The position numbers were made by a program, and so were the translations under genes. Shown here piece after piece: positions 27,296-37,325 of a stretch of DNA of 64,000 nt. The DNA comes from Phycisphaerales bacterium (GTDB lineage: Bacteria > Planctomycetota > Phycisphaerae > Phycisphaerales > SM1A02): assembly GCA_020345805.1 (NCBI GenBank), contig CP070772.1:3090365-3154364 (forward strand), given 5' to 3'. Below the pieces are notes generated by a model. That model ran no database searches. It had not been told where the DNA came from and saw only the letters and a program-made list of their open reading frames with translations. The first letter of the stretch is position 1. The number at the start of each line of letters is the position of its first letter.

Positions 27296-28216
27296 TCAGA
27301 CTTCGCTGCGCTGATGCGCGGCGGATGGATCCGGCGAGAGGTCGTGAGAGGTGAGCAGGTTATTAAGTCGATCAACGATCTGCTCGGTGGGCGGGCAGAG
27401 GGGCGGACGCAGGGCGCCGGTGTCACGCCCCAGCAGCTTCATGGCGGTCTTGATGGGCACGGGGTTGGTGTCGAGCTTGAGCAGGTTTGTCGCCAGCGGG
27501 TAGAGCTGGTAGTGAAGATCGCGGGCGAGGTCCCAGTCGCCGGCCAGGCAGGTGTCGCAGAGGGCGGCGACGGGTCGGGGGACGATATTGGACAGAACGG
27601 AGATCACACCCAAAGCGCCTATGGACATCAGGGGCAGGGTGAGCGGGTCGTCGCCACTCAGCACGGCCAGATTCGTATGGAGAATCGTATTGCCCGCGGT
27701 GGCCAGGCCGCCGGTGGCATCCTTGACGGCCTGGATGTTGGGATGCTCCGCGAGTCGCTGGAGCGTCTCGGGCGTCAGGGCCACGCCGGTCCGGCCGGGG
27801 ATGTTGTAGAGGACGACGGGCAGGTCGCAGGAGTCTGCGATGGTCGAGAAATGCCGGTAAAGGCCCTCCTGGGAGGGGCGGTTGTAATAGGGATTCACCT
27901 GGAGGGAGGCATCGGCCCCGGCCTGGTGGGCCAAGCGATGGAGAGCGACGGCGTGGGCGGTGCTGTTGGAGCCGGCCCCGGCGATGACGAGGAGGCTGTG
28001 TGACTTGGCGGCTTGAATCGTCCTTTCGACTACGGCGCGATGTTCGTCATCGGAGAGGGTGGGCGATTCGCCGGTGGTGCCGCAGGGCACCACGCCGGTG
28101 ACTCCGCCTTCGGCCTGGTAGTCGATGTTGCACGTCAGGCGATCGAAATCGACGGCAGAGCCGTCGGCGGTGAACGGGGTGACGAGTGCCGTGAAGGCGC
28201 CGCGGAATACAGTCAT
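27296..28216 (-). CDS. dapA: 4-hydroxy-tetrahydrodipicolinate synthase
   Basis: TALVTPF...GVVPCGTTGESPTLS...YNIPGRTG...VKDATG signatures; 306 aa. Confidence 0.9.
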   Translation of the reverse strand: MTVFRGAFTALVTPFTADGSAVDFDRLTCNIDYQAEGGVTGVVPCGTTGESPTLSDDEHRAVVERTIQAAKSHSLLVIAGAGSNSTAHAVALHRLAHQAGADASLQVNPYYNRPSQEGLYRHFSTIADSCDLPVVLYNIPGRTGVALTPETLQRLAEHPNIQAVKDATGGLATAGNTILHTNLAVLSGDDPLTLPLMSIGALGVISVLSNIVPRPVAALCDTCLAGDWDLARDLHYQLYPLATNLLKLDTNPVPIKTAMKLLGRDTGALRPPLCPPTEQIVDRLNNLLTSHDLSPDPSAAHQRSEV

Positions 28217-28255
28217 TGGTCAACCTGCCTTGGCGTGGGGCGGCTCACCGAGGTT

Positions 28256-29047
28256 TCACTCGGTGTTCATGTGCGATGACTCGCGCATGAGCCGCTTCAT
28301 CTCGCCCACCGCCTCGCGGATACCGACATAGACGGCCCGTGCGACGATGGCGTGTCCGATGTGCAGCTCGCGCACGCCGGGCAGGGCGGCGATGGGCTGC
28401 ACGTTGTAGTAGTTGAGGGCATGGCCGGCGTTGAAGCGCATGGAGAGCTTGCGGATGAGATCGCCGGCCTTGCGGACCTTCTCCAGTTCGGCGACGACGT
28501 GGGGGCTTTCGGCATCGCGGCCGTGGTCGAAGAAGGCATGGGCGTAGGGGCCGGTGTGGACTTCGCAGACGGAGAAGCCGCACTCGCAGGCGGCCTCGAC
28601 CTGTTCTGACTCGGCGTCGATGAACGCGCTGACGATAAGGCCGGCCTCCTTGAGGGAAGCGACGACGTCCTTGAGGCGGTCCTTCTGGCCCGCCACGTCC
28701 AGGCCGCCTTCGGTGGTCACCTCCATTCGGCCCTCGGGCACGAGCATGGCCAGATGGGGCCTGGTGCGACGGGCGATGGCGACCATCTCGTCGGTGGCGG
28801 CCATCTCCAGGTTGACCTTGATATGGACCAGCTCCAGGAGGCGGTCGAGGTCGTGGTCCTGGATGTGGCGGCGGTCCTCGCGGAGGTGAAGGGTGATGCC
28901 GTCGGCCCCGCCGAGATGGGCCTCCACCGCGGCCCAGACCGGGTCGGGCTCGAAGGTCATGCGAGCCTGGCGGACGGTGGCCACATGGTCGATGTTGAAG
29001 CCCAGTTCGATCACATCAGAAGCGTAGGCTCGAGAGGTTGGAATCAC
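28256..29047 (-). CDS. pdxJ: pyridoxine 5'-phosphate synthase
   Basis: LGFNIDHVATVRQAR, ITLHLREDRRHI, EVHTGPYA, LHIGHAIVARA. Confidence 0.9.
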   Translation of the reverse strand: MIPTSRAYASDVIELGFNIDHVATVRQARMTFEPDPVWAAVEAHLGGADGITLHLREDRRHIQDHDLDRLLELVHIKVNLEMAATDEMVAIARRTRPHLAMLVPEGRMEVTTEGGLDVAGQKDRLKDVVASLKEAGLIVSAFIDAESEQVEAACECGFSVCEVHTGPYAHAFFDHGRDAESPHVVAELEKVRKAGDLIRKLSMRFNAGHALNYYNVQPIAALPGVRELHIGHAIVARAVYVGIREAVGEMKRLMRESSHMNTE

Positions 29048-29179
29048 AAGCGGAACGGCGGTGTCCCGGAAGCAGGCCGGGCATGCGACCGGAGCGGATT
29101 ACGGGGTCCGCGATTGGTGAGCCGAGCGCGGGAGGGTTATACTTTCGCGCAACCGCATTCTGTTGGCTGGGATCTGTAC

Positions 29180-29863
29180 ATGACGCCGTTTGCCAAGAAA
29201 CTCGAGCAACTTCGCAGCGATCTGGTCACGCAGGGAGACCGGGTCTTCGACCTGACGCTCCGGGCGGTCGATTGCTACTTCGATCGCGACGAGGAGAAGG
29301 CGAGGGAGGTGATTGCCGGGGATGAGATAATCGACCGGGTGGACGTGGAGATCGAACGGGCGTCGATCCCGCTGCTGGCCATGGGCGAGACCGACGAGCA
29401 TCAGATTCGCTTCGTGCTCACGATTGTCAAGATCAACAACGAGCTGGAGCGGATCGCCGACTGCGCAGTCAACATTGCCGAAGTGATCCTGACCTACGGG
29501 GCGGAGATGACCGAACAAATGCCTGCCACGTTCAGGGTGATGGCCAACAGCGTCATCGGCATGGTGCGGGATGCAAACCGCTCGCTGGCGGAGCTCAACG
29601 AGGGTCTGGCCCGCCAGGTGCTGAGCTTTGACGACACGGTCGACCAGTTCAAACAGGAGATCGGTCTGGGTGTGGAGAGAAAGGTCGCGGAAGGTGAGAT
29701 CAGCGTCAGTTTCGCTTTCCGGATCCGGACGGTCACGGCGCAACTGGAACGGATTGCCGATCACTGCACGAACATCTGCGAGCAGGTGATCTACCTGGAG
29801 AGCGGCAAGATCGTGCGGCACGTTGCTGGCGGCTGGACCGAGCCGACCGAACCTGAGGCCTGA
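29180..29863 (+). CDS. phoU: phosphate signalling complex protein PhoU
   Basis: Two PhoU repeats with E..ERIADCAVNIAE and LERIADHCTNICE. Start trimmed to ATG 29180 because the upstream part of the track ORF overlaps pdxJ antisense. Confidence 0.85.
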   Translation: MTPFAKKLEQLRSDLVTQGDRVFDLTLRAVDCYFDRDEEKAREVIAGDEIIDRVDVEIERASIPLLAMGETDEHQIRFVLTIVKINNELERIADCAVNIAEVILTYGAEMTEQMPATFRVMANSVIGMVRDANRSLAELNEGLARQVLSFDDTVDQFKQEIGLGVERKVAEGEISVSFAFRIRTVTAQLERIADHCTNICEQVIYLESGKIVRHVAGGWTEPTEPEA

Positions 29864-29932
29864 CCTCATCAAGGTCCGTGGAGGTGTGAGGGCGCCGCGG
29901 TACGACACCGTTCCGGGGTTGACCACCAGGGA

Positions 29933-31468
29933 ATGAAACGACGGTATCATCCGGTTCTCATGTCTGTCTTGAACCACGAACCTGCATCGAACGAGACTCA
30001 GCCGATGTCGCAGCGCTTCTCGGCTCTGGAAGAGAACCTCAAGGCCCACGGCCAATCACATCTGCTGGCCTGCTACCACGAACTGAACGAGCTTCAGCAG
30101 AGAGCCCTGCTTGACCAGCTATCGCAGATCGATTTTGCAGCGCTGGAAAAGCTGATCGAGGACTATGTCCGGAACCGGCCGGCGGTGTGCATCCCCGAGG
30201 ACCTTTCGCCGGCGCCGTACTACCGGCATGATCCGAAGGGGCCGGGGGGATATGACGCGGCTGACTACCGCCGGGTCGGCGAGGATCTCATCCGCCGGGG
30301 AAAGGTGGCGGCATTCACCGTGGCCGGCGGGCAGGGCACCCGGCTGGGCTGGAGCGGCCCCAAAGGCACCTATCCGGCGACCGTGGTCACGGGCAAACCG
30401 CTGTTCCGCTGGTTTGCCGAGCAGATCCTGGCCACGGAGCGCAAGTACGGCGTGACCATCCCCTGGTACATCATGACCAGCCCGATGAACCACGAGGCGA
30501 CGCGGGCATTCTTCCAGGACAACAACAACTTCTCGCTCGAGCGCAAGAACATCTTCATGTTTCCCCAGGGTGTGCTGCCTTCCATCGAGACGGCGACCGG
30601 GAAGTTGCTGCTGGCCGACCGGCATCGCCTGGCGGTCAACCCCGACGGGCACGGCGGGTCGATCAGGGCCCTGCACGAGTGCGGGGCGATCGAGGACATG
30701 GTGGGCCGCGGGATTGAGCACATCAGCTACTTCCAGATCGACAATCCCTTGGTAAAGGCGGTCGATCCGCTGTTCGTCGGTCTGCATGCCGCCGCCGATG
30801 ACAGCTCGGGCGAGATGTCCAGCAAAATGCTGCCGAAGATCACGCCGGAGGAGAAGCTGGGCGTGTTCTGTCGTAGCGAGGGCAAGACGCTGGTGATCGA
30901 ATACTCCGACCTGCCTGAGGACCTGATGTACGCCCGCGATGAGCGAGGTCACCTGAGGTTCCTCTCCGGCTCCATCGCAATCCACCTGCTGAGCGTCGGG
31001 TTCGTCCAGAGGTTGACGGCCGACGCGCACCACTTCGCGCTGCCCTATCATCGGGCCGACAAGAAGGTCCCCTACTACGACACTGATCAAAGGCGTGTGG
31101 TGGAGCCGAGTGAGCTTAATTCGGTGAAGCTGGAGACTTTCGTGTTTGATGCGATTCCGCTGGCGGACTCATCCATCATTTATGAGACCAGCCGCGTGGA
31201 GGAATTCGGGCCGATCAAGAACGCCGAGGGGGTGGACAGTCCGGCCACTTCGCATCAGCTCCAGTCCGACCGAGCCGGAGCATGGCTGGAGACGGTGGGA
31301 CTGGAGGTACCGCGCGATGATGAAGGCCGGGTCAACGCCAGAATCGAGATCAGCCCGCTCATCGCCCTTGAATCGGGCGATCTGGCCTCCGCCGTGGATC
31401 TTCCCGAGCGGATTGAACCGGGCTCGGAGATCGTGATTCAGCCGCCTCGGAAGCAGATGTTTCGGTAG
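29933..31468 (+). CDS. UDP-sugar / UDP-GlcNAc pyrophosphorylase (UDPGP family)
   Basis: FTVAGGQGTRLGWSGPKGTYP, NPDGHGG, FQIDNPL. The start is uncertain (Met at 29933, 29960 or 30005). Confidence 0.8.
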   Translation: MKRRYHPVLMSVLNHEPASNETQPMSQRFSALEENLKAHGQSHLLACYHELNELQQRALLDQLSQIDFAALEKLIEDYVRNRPAVCIPEDLSPAPYYRHDPKGPGGYDAADYRRVGEDLIRRGKVAAFTVAGGQGTRLGWSGPKGTYPATVVTGKPLFRWFAEQILATERKYGVTIPWYIMTSPMNHEATRAFFQDNNNFSLERKNIFMFPQGVLPSIETATGKLLLADRHRLAVNPDGHGGSIRALHECGAIEDMVGRGIEHISYFQIDNPLVKAVDPLFVGLHAAADDSSGEMSSKMLPKITPEEKLGVFCRSEGKTLVIEYSDLPEDLMYARDERGHLRFLSGSIAIHLLSVGFVQRLTADAHHFALPYHRADKKVPYYDTDQRRVVEPSELNSVKLETFVFDAIPLADSSIIYETSRVEEFGPIKNAEGVDSPATSHQLQSDRAGAWLETVGLEVPRDDEGRVNARIEISPLIALESGDLASAVDLPERIEPGSEIVIQPPRKQMFR

Positions 31469-31521
31469 CCGCCCGGGCTGAAGCCCTTCTTTCACCGCGG
31501 CATACGGATGGCTCGCCTACG

Positions 31522-32688
31522 TCACCGGTGCAGGGCCAGCCAGTTTCGCACGATCTCCTCGGCCAGTTCGCTGATGAGTGGTACCGGCTCGTTCAACGCT
31601 CGTTCTTCGCCGAAGCGGTCGGTCAGGCTCAAGCAGTCGCCGAATGGGCCGTCGCTGCCGGAGCAGAAGAATTCCGCCGAGCCGGGGGCGGTTCTTCCGA
31701 TGATGGCGAAAGTCTCGATGCCGAGGCGACCGGCTGCGGCCGCCACGCCCAGGCAAGCCTTGCCGCGGATCGATTGCGCGTCCAGCCGTCCCTCGCCGGT
31801 GAGCACCAAATCGGCCGCGGCGCAGCGCTCCTCGAACCGCACTGCGTCGAGGACGATTTCGATACCCGGCCTCAGCATTGCCCCGCACATCACCGCCAGC
31901 CCGTACCCCGCACCGCCCGCGGCACCGTATCCGGGCGTGTTGATGTCGCCGCCTGTGATCGAGGCCAGATGAGCCAGGGCACGATCGAGTAGCTCGACCT
32001 GTCGTGGGGTGGCGCCTTTCTGTGGGCCGTAGGTCGCGGCAGCTCCTTCCGGTCCACAAAGCGGGTTGTCCACATCGCAGGCCACCAGGATCTGAGGGAG
32101 TCTCGTCGGTGGATCAACGCGGGCGATTCGCTCCAGCAACCCACCGGTGAGCGGCTCTTCAATCAGTCGATGGGCCGAGTCATAGAATGCTCCGCCCAGC
32201 GCCTGGGCAAGCCCCGCCCCTCCGTCGTTGGTCGCGCTGCCGCCGATGCAGACGATGACTTTCTCGCATCCGGCATCGCGCGCGGCGGCGATGAGTTGAC
32301 CCGTGCCATAAGTGGTGGTGCGGGTCGGATCCTGCTTCGAAGGCGGAACAAGGAGCAGGCCCGAGGCTTCGGCGAGCTCGACGACGCCGGTGCGGAGTTC
32401 CGGCGCCACGCCGTACCGGGCGGTGACCGTCTCGCCCCGCGGCCCCACCACCGGCCGTGACAGAATCTGCCCGTTCAGGGCTGGCATGAGGGCGTTCAAC
32501 GTCCCCTCGCCTCCATCGGCGATGGGACAGGTATCGACATCCACGAATGGGCCGCCGGCCCGGATAGCGCCCCGCCGCATCGCCTCTGACACCTCAACGG
32601 CCTTTAGCGTGCCCTTGAAGCTGTCCGGAGCACAGAGAACCCGCACAGGCGCCGAACCGGGAACATCGGGTTTGAAAAACGGTGTCAT
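31522..32688 (-). CDS. glycerate kinase
   Basis: VLCAPDSFKGTL, PIADGGEGT, IGGSATNDGGAG, VACDVDNPLCG. Start trimmed to MTPFFKP. Confidence 0.85.
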   Translation of the reverse strand: MTPFFKPDVPGSAPVRVLCAPDSFKGTLKAVEVSEAMRRGAIRAGGPFVDVDTCPIADGGEGTLNALMPALNGQILSRPVVGPRGETVTARYGVAPELRTGVVELAEASGLLLVPPSKQDPTRTTTYGTGQLIAAARDAGCEKVIVCIGGSATNDGGAGLAQALGGAFYDSAHRLIEEPLTGGLLERIARVDPPTRLPQILVACDVDNPLCGPEGAAATYGPQKGATPRQVELLDRALAHLASITGGDINTPGYGAAGGAGYGLAVMCGAMLRPGIEIVLDAVRFEERCAAADLVLTGEGRLDAQSIRGKACLGVAAAAGRLGIETFAIIGRTAPGSAEFFCSGSDGPFGDCLSLTDRFGEERALNEPVPLISELAEEIVRNWLALHR

Positions 32689-32779
32689 AATCGCCCCACA
32701 ATTGGCGCGAAATGAGCGATTTGCCCTCCTGGAGACGCCGATCAGAATACACTGGGAGGCCAATCACGGACAGACACTT

Positions 32780-33601
32780 ATGGAAGAGCTCATCGCCAGT
32801 TTCCTTGATTCATACGGCTGGCTTGCGGTCTTCCTGCTGCTGATGGCCTCCGGTGTGGGTCTTCCCATCGGCGAGGACATCATCACCATCCCCGCCGGAG
32901 CCCTGATCGGGGGCGGGCACCTGGCGCTGTGGCCGACCCTCATCGCCGCCTACGTGGGCGTGGTCGTCGCCGACTACCTGTGGTTCTGGGTCTGCTCGTT
33001 GTACGGCACGCCGCTGTTGCACACCCGCTTCTTCAAGCGACTGATCCATCCTCGCCGGTTGCTGGAAGTGAAGCACCAGTTCGAAAGACGGGGTACCTGG
33101 CTCATCATCATGGCCCGGTTCATTCCTACCAGCCGCACCACTACCATCACCGTGGCGGGCATGATGCACATGCCGTTCTGGAAATTCGCGCTGGCGACCG
33201 CCGGCTGCGTGCTCATCACCGCCCCCCTGCAGATCGGCCTGGGAGTGCTTATCGGAAAAGGCATCGGTAATGAGAGCATGGTCGATCTGCTCCTGAAGAT
33301 GATCGGCCTGTTCATGCTCTTCTTTGCCTGCGTCATTGCACTCCGCTGGTGGCGGGCCTACCGGGAGACCCACCGGCGCCCCCAGCGGGCCAGGGCTTCG
33401 TGGCTAAGGCGGTTTCGTGTTCGGCGACATGGCAATGGCAATGGTGGCAATAGCCGCACCCACTCGACCGTGCTCTCGGGAGCGGCACGAGCTGAGCCCA
33501 AGCCGGCACCGAGCGACCGCCCTTCCGAATCGGGCACTGATGAGACGATGTCGTCTGAACCCGCCCCTCAGCGCGATGGCGAGCGAAAGATAGTTGTCTG
33601 A
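32780..33601 (+). CDS. DedA / VTT-domain membrane protein with a basic disordered tail
   Basis: YGWLAVFLLLMASGVGLPIGEDIITIPAG...IMARFIPTSRTTTITVAG. The rest of the track ORF upstream is antisense to glycerate kinase. Confidence 0.75.
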   Translation: MEELIASFLDSYGWLAVFLLLMASGVGLPIGEDIITIPAGALIGGGHLALWPTLIAAYVGVVVADYLWFWVCSLYGTPLLHTRFFKRLIHPRRLLEVKHQFERRGTWLIIMARFIPTSRTTTITVAGMMHMPFWKFALATAGCVLITAPLQIGLGVLIGKGIGNESMVDLLLKMIGLFMLFFACVIALRWWRAYRETHRRPQRARASWLRRFRVRRHGNGNGGNSRTHSTVLSGAARAEPKPAPSDRPSESGTDETMSSEPAPQRDGERKIVV

Positions 33602-33750
33602 CGGCGGCCCGGAGGGGGAGCCTGGCCGTACGCCGCCCCCGTCCCCGAACCGCACGCGGTCCTCTCCCGGACTGCCGCCCGCCGGGGCCTTATACTGACA
33701 TCGCATCCCCCGCAGCCGTGGTTGTGCGGCCGCTGAAGCAGGAGGACGCC

Positions 33751-34878
33751 ATGCGCGCCATCGTCACCGGCCAGGTCGGCATGGACAAGAAGCGGTACAT
33801 CGAAGCCGTGGCCCGTCTCGGGGGCGAGCGAGGCCGGGCCATCGAGGTCTATCACGTCGGCGACATGATGTACGCCGAAGGGCCGGATATCCGGCCCGGT
33901 CGCATCCTCGACCTGCCCCTGAGCCGCCTCCATTCACTCCGACGAGCCGTGTTCAAGGACATTATCAACAGTGCGGCCGAGCAGAAGAACATCATCGTCA
34001 ACACCCACGCCACCTTCCGCTGGAAGCACGGCCTGTTTCCCGCCTTCGATTTCGACCAGATCCAGGCCCTGAAGCCGGATATGTTCATCTGCCTGGTGGA
34101 TAACATCGAGGTCGTCCATCAGCGCCTGCACTATGAGCACGACATCGACGCCACCTTCAAGGACTGCATGGTCTGGCGGGAAGAGGAGATCCTGGCCACC
34201 GAACTGATGGCCCAGGCGGTCGGATGCCCCAACGACTTCTACATCGTGGCCCGCGGGCGGCATGACGACAACATCGAGCCCTGCCTGAACCTCATCACCC
34301 GCACCGACATGCGGAAGGTTTACCCCAGCTTTCCCATGACCCATGTGGTGGACATGCCCGAAGTGCTGGCGGAGATCAACCACTTCCGCGAGGAACTTGC
34401 CAGACACTTCATCACTTTCGACCCGGGTGATGTGGATGAGAAACTGCTTTTGGATCGGGCGTGGGAGGCCTCGCGCGCGGGCAAGGACTTCATCGAGGTC
34501 GCGCCTCACGCCTTCGGTGGAAGGGCTGGCGAAGCCGCGCCTCTTCGCGTACCCGTGCGGCAGATCCTCGACATCGCCGGCGACATCGACGGCCAGATCT
34601 ACATGCGCGACTTCATGCTCATCGACCAGTCCGACATGATCTGCTCGTTCATTCCGGAACTTCCCGGCGGCGTGCCGGGCCTTTCCAGCGGCGTGGAGCG
34701 GGAACTCCAGCACGCCTTCGAGCACACCAAGGAAGTCTACGTGGTCTGGAAACCCGCCAAGAGCCCCAGCCCCTTCATCACCGAGACTGCGGAGAAGATC
34801 TTCGCCTCGGTCGATGAGGCGCTGAGCCACTTCGAACAGAAGGGCATGTTCCCGGAGCGGGATCTGTTTGGGCATTAG
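33751..34878 (+). CDS. two-domain protein: degenerate archaeal-adenylate-kinase-like N-domain fused to a nucleoside 2-deoxyribosyltransferase-like C-domain (function unknown)
   Basis: AGGAGG lies 6 nt before ATG 33751. IVTGQVGMDKK sits where the P-loop GxxGxGK is expected. NTHATFRWKHGLFPAF..LKPDMFICLVD resembles AdkA. The C-terminal half DQSDMICSFIP...SSGVERELQHAF..KEVYVVW resembles the NDT/Rossmann-like fold. Confidence 0.45.
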   Translation: MRAIVTGQVGMDKKRYIEAVARLGGERGRAIEVYHVGDMMYAEGPDIRPGRILDLPLSRLHSLRRAVFKDIINSAAEQKNIIVNTHATFRWKHGLFPAFDFDQIQALKPDMFICLVDNIEVVHQRLHYEHDIDATFKDCMVWREEEILATELMAQAVGCPNDFYIVARGRHDDNIEPCLNLITRTDMRKVYPSFPMTHVVDMPEVLAEINHFREELARHFITFDPGDVDEKLLLDRAWEASRAGKDFIEVAPHAFGGRAGEAAPLRVPVRQILDIAGDIDGQIYMRDFMLIDQSDMICSFIPELPGGVPGLSSGVERELQHAFEHTKEVYVVWKPAKSPSPFITETAEKIFASVDEALSHFEQKGMFPERDLFGH

Positions 34879-34947
34879 GGTGAACTGTAAACACTGGATA
34901 ATGCTTGCCAGCCACGCATCTGATTTTCTAAGCTTACGGAGAAGACC

Positions 34948-35298
34948 ATGATGTACTTTGCTACACTATTGGCTACCACACCGGTTACTTCCGATGCCTC
35001 TGATTCCACGCCACTCGGTGCTCTGATCGTCGGATTTCTTTTCCCGCTCGGCCTGGTTCTTCTTTTGTTGATCATTCTGTGGTATGCCCTGAGAATCCAA
35101 ATCAAATCGGTCAAGAAGCAAGAAACCGCCCTCACGTCGGTGGACGAATCACTGAGTCTCCAGAAGGAAGCGCTCGAGCTTTCAATGAAGAATAGTCAGC
35201 TTGTAGAGGAGAGCCTGGCCCTGTCGAGACAGGGTCTTGAAGGGCAAGCCGAAACGAATTCGCTGCTCCGGGAGCTGATCAATCTTCAGAGTCGCTAG
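34948..35298 (+). CDS. small single-pass membrane protein with C-terminal coiled coil, encoded in a low-GC islet
   Basis: GGAG lies 7 nt before ATG. TM LGALIVGFLFPLGLVLLLLIILWYAL, then a heptad-like S/L/E/Q-rich tail. Local GC is about 48% against about 65% in the flanks. Confidence 0.5.
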   Translation: MMYFATLLATTPVTSDASDSTPLGALIVGFLFPLGLVLLLLIILWYALRIQIKSVKKQETALTSVDESLSLQKEALELSMKNSQLVEESLALSRQGLEGQAETNSLLRELINLQSR

Positions 35299-35345
35299 AC
35301 CAAGGCGACACGTCACGATTGATGCGGCGATCCGCCAGCGCCAAC

Positions 35346-36131
35346 ATGCCGAGGTATAAACTAACCATCGCCTACGACGGCACGAGCTTTCACGGCTGGC
35401 AGAAGCAGCACCCGCCGGGCGAAGAGCCCCTGCGCACCGTGCAGGGGGTGATGGAGGAGGCGATTGTCGCGGTCGTCCGCGAGCCGGTGCACCTCGTCGG
35501 CGCATCCCGCACCGATTCCGGCGTGCACGCGCGGGGCCAGGCGGCGGCATTCGATACGCAGAATGAGATTCCAATGGATCGTCTGCCTCGGGCAGTCAAT
35601 TCCCGATTGCCCGATGATGTGCAGGTTCTGAGCGCCGAGATTGTTGCCGGGGATTTCAACCCGATCAGTGATGCGATCGCCAAGGGATATCGCTACACGA
35701 TCGCGCACAGCACGATCAACGGCGGCGAGATGCCGCTGTTTGATCGACATCTCGTCGCCTGGACTGTATACACTCTCGATGCGGCCCGAATGAACGAAGC
35801 TGCGCAGCACTTCGTCGGCGAGCGCGATTTCGCCAGCTTCACCCGCAAGCACCACGGGCGCGAGAGCACGGTCCGCACCGTGCATGAATGCAAGGTGGAA
35901 GCAGTCGATCAATTCCGAATTAACATCGACATTTCCGGGGGTGGATTTTTATATAACATGGTGCGGATTATCGCAGGCACGTTGCTTGAAGTGGGTCGGG
36001 GCAAGCTCGAGCCCGGTGCGATTGCGGGGATCATAGAAGCACGCGATCGCGCCTCCGCCGGCCCCACCATGCCCCCCGAAGGTCTCTGTCTGATGTGGGT
36101 GAAGTACCCCGGCTCGGCGCAGCCCGCTTAA
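35346..36131 (+). CDS. truA: tRNA pseudouridine(38-40) synthase
   Basis: YKLTIAYDGTSFHGWQKQ, catalytic SRTDSGVHA, GGGFLYNMVRIIAGTL. Confidence 0.9.
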   Translation: MPRYKLTIAYDGTSFHGWQKQHPPGEEPLRTVQGVMEEAIVAVVREPVHLVGASRTDSGVHARGQAAAFDTQNEIPMDRLPRAVNSRLPDDVQVLSAEIVAGDFNPISDAIAKGYRYTIAHSTINGGEMPLFDRHLVAWTVYTLDAARMNEAAQHFVGERDFASFTRKHHGRESTVRTVHECKVEAVDQFRINIDISGGGFLYNMVRIIAGTLLEVGRGKLEPGAIAGIIEARDRASAGPTMPPEGLCLMWVKYPGSAQPA

Positions 36132-36158
36132 GCGGGCCGCGCCGTGTATCATCCTCCC

Positions 36159-37325
36159 ATGCGGATCATGCACATCTCAACCCGGCTCATTCTGGGCGGC
36201 TCGCAGGAGAACACCGTCCTTTCCTGCGAGGGGCAGGCCGACGCCGGGCATACCGTTTCGCTGGTTTATGGGCCGATCTACGGCCCGGAAGGCTCCCACC
36301 TGGCCCGGGCCCAGGCCCACGGCGGGATCGAGTGCATCGAAATCCCCCACCTCATCCGCGCCCTGCATCCGGTGCGAGATCCGCTGTGCTATCGCGACCT
36401 GAAGAAGCTGATTCGAGCCTGGAAGCCCGATGTGGTACACACGCACTCCTCGAAAGCGGGAATCATTGGCCGGCTCGCGGCGTGGAAACTGCGGGTCCCT
36501 TGCGTGATCCACACCATCCACGGCCTGGCCTTCCATCCCTACCAGGCGAAGTGGAAGAACGCCATCTACATCGCCTCCGAGCGCATGGCGGCGAAGCGCT
36601 GTCATGTCATCGCCTGCGTTGCTGACGCCATGCGCGAGCAGGCGCTTGCCGCGGGGATAGGCAGGCCCGAGCAGTACGTGACCGTCTATTCCGGCATGGA
36701 GGTCGAGCGCTACATCAACCCGGACTGCACGCGAGAAGACGTCCGCGCGGAACTGGGTCTGAACGATGGCGATTTCGTTCTCGGCACCGTCGCGCGCCTC
36801 GCGGAACTGAAAGGCCACGACGATCTGCTCGATGCCCTGGGGCCGCTGATGAAGGACCGGCCTGAACTGAAGCTCCTGTGGGTCGGCGACGGCTGGTGGC
36901 GCGACCGCCTGCTGGGGCGCGTCAAGTCTATGGGCTTTCAGGATCGCGTGATTACCACGGGTCTCGTACCCTCCGAGCAGATTCCGAAGTACCTGCAGTC
37001 GATGGATGTGCTGGCCCATCCCAGCTACCGCGAGGGGCTGCCGCGCACCATCCCCCAGGCCCTGCTCAGCGCAAGGGCGGTGATCGCCTATGATGTGGAC
37101 GGCACGAAGGAAGTCTGCATCGAAGGCGAGACGGGCTGTCTTGTCCCGCCGGGCGATCTGGGCAAATTGCGCAGCGCCGTGGAACGGATGATGGACCATG
37201 CATCTGAGCGCGCGGAGATGGGCAGGCACGGCCGGGCGCTGTGCGAGGAAAGATTCTCAGCGTCGGCGATGGTCGAGCAGTTGGAGTCGATCTATGAGGC
37301 CCAGCTCCGACGTCACGAGCAATAG
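36159..37325 (+). CDS. family 4 (GT-B) glycosyltransferase
   Basis: MRIMHISTRLILGGSQ N-terminus. C-terminal E-x7-E region SYREGLPRTIPQALLSARAVIAYDVDGTKEVCIEGETG. Confidence 0.85.
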   Translation: MRIMHISTRLILGGSQENTVLSCEGQADAGHTVSLVYGPIYGPEGSHLARAQAHGGIECIEIPHLIRALHPVRDPLCYRDLKKLIRAWKPDVVHTHSSKAGIIGRLAAWKLRVPCVIHTIHGLAFHPYQAKWKNAIYIASERMAAKRCHVIACVADAMREQALAAGIGRPEQYVTVYSGMEVERYINPDCTREDVRAELGLNDGDFVLGTVARLAELKGHDDLLDALGPLMKDRPELKLLWVGDGWWRDRLLGRVKSMGFQDRVITTGLVPSEQIPKYLQSMDVLAHPSYREGLPRTIPQALLSARAVIAYDVDGTKEVCIEGETGCLVPPGDLGKLRSAVERMMDHASERAEMGRHGRALCEERFSASAMVEQLESIYEAQLRRHEQ

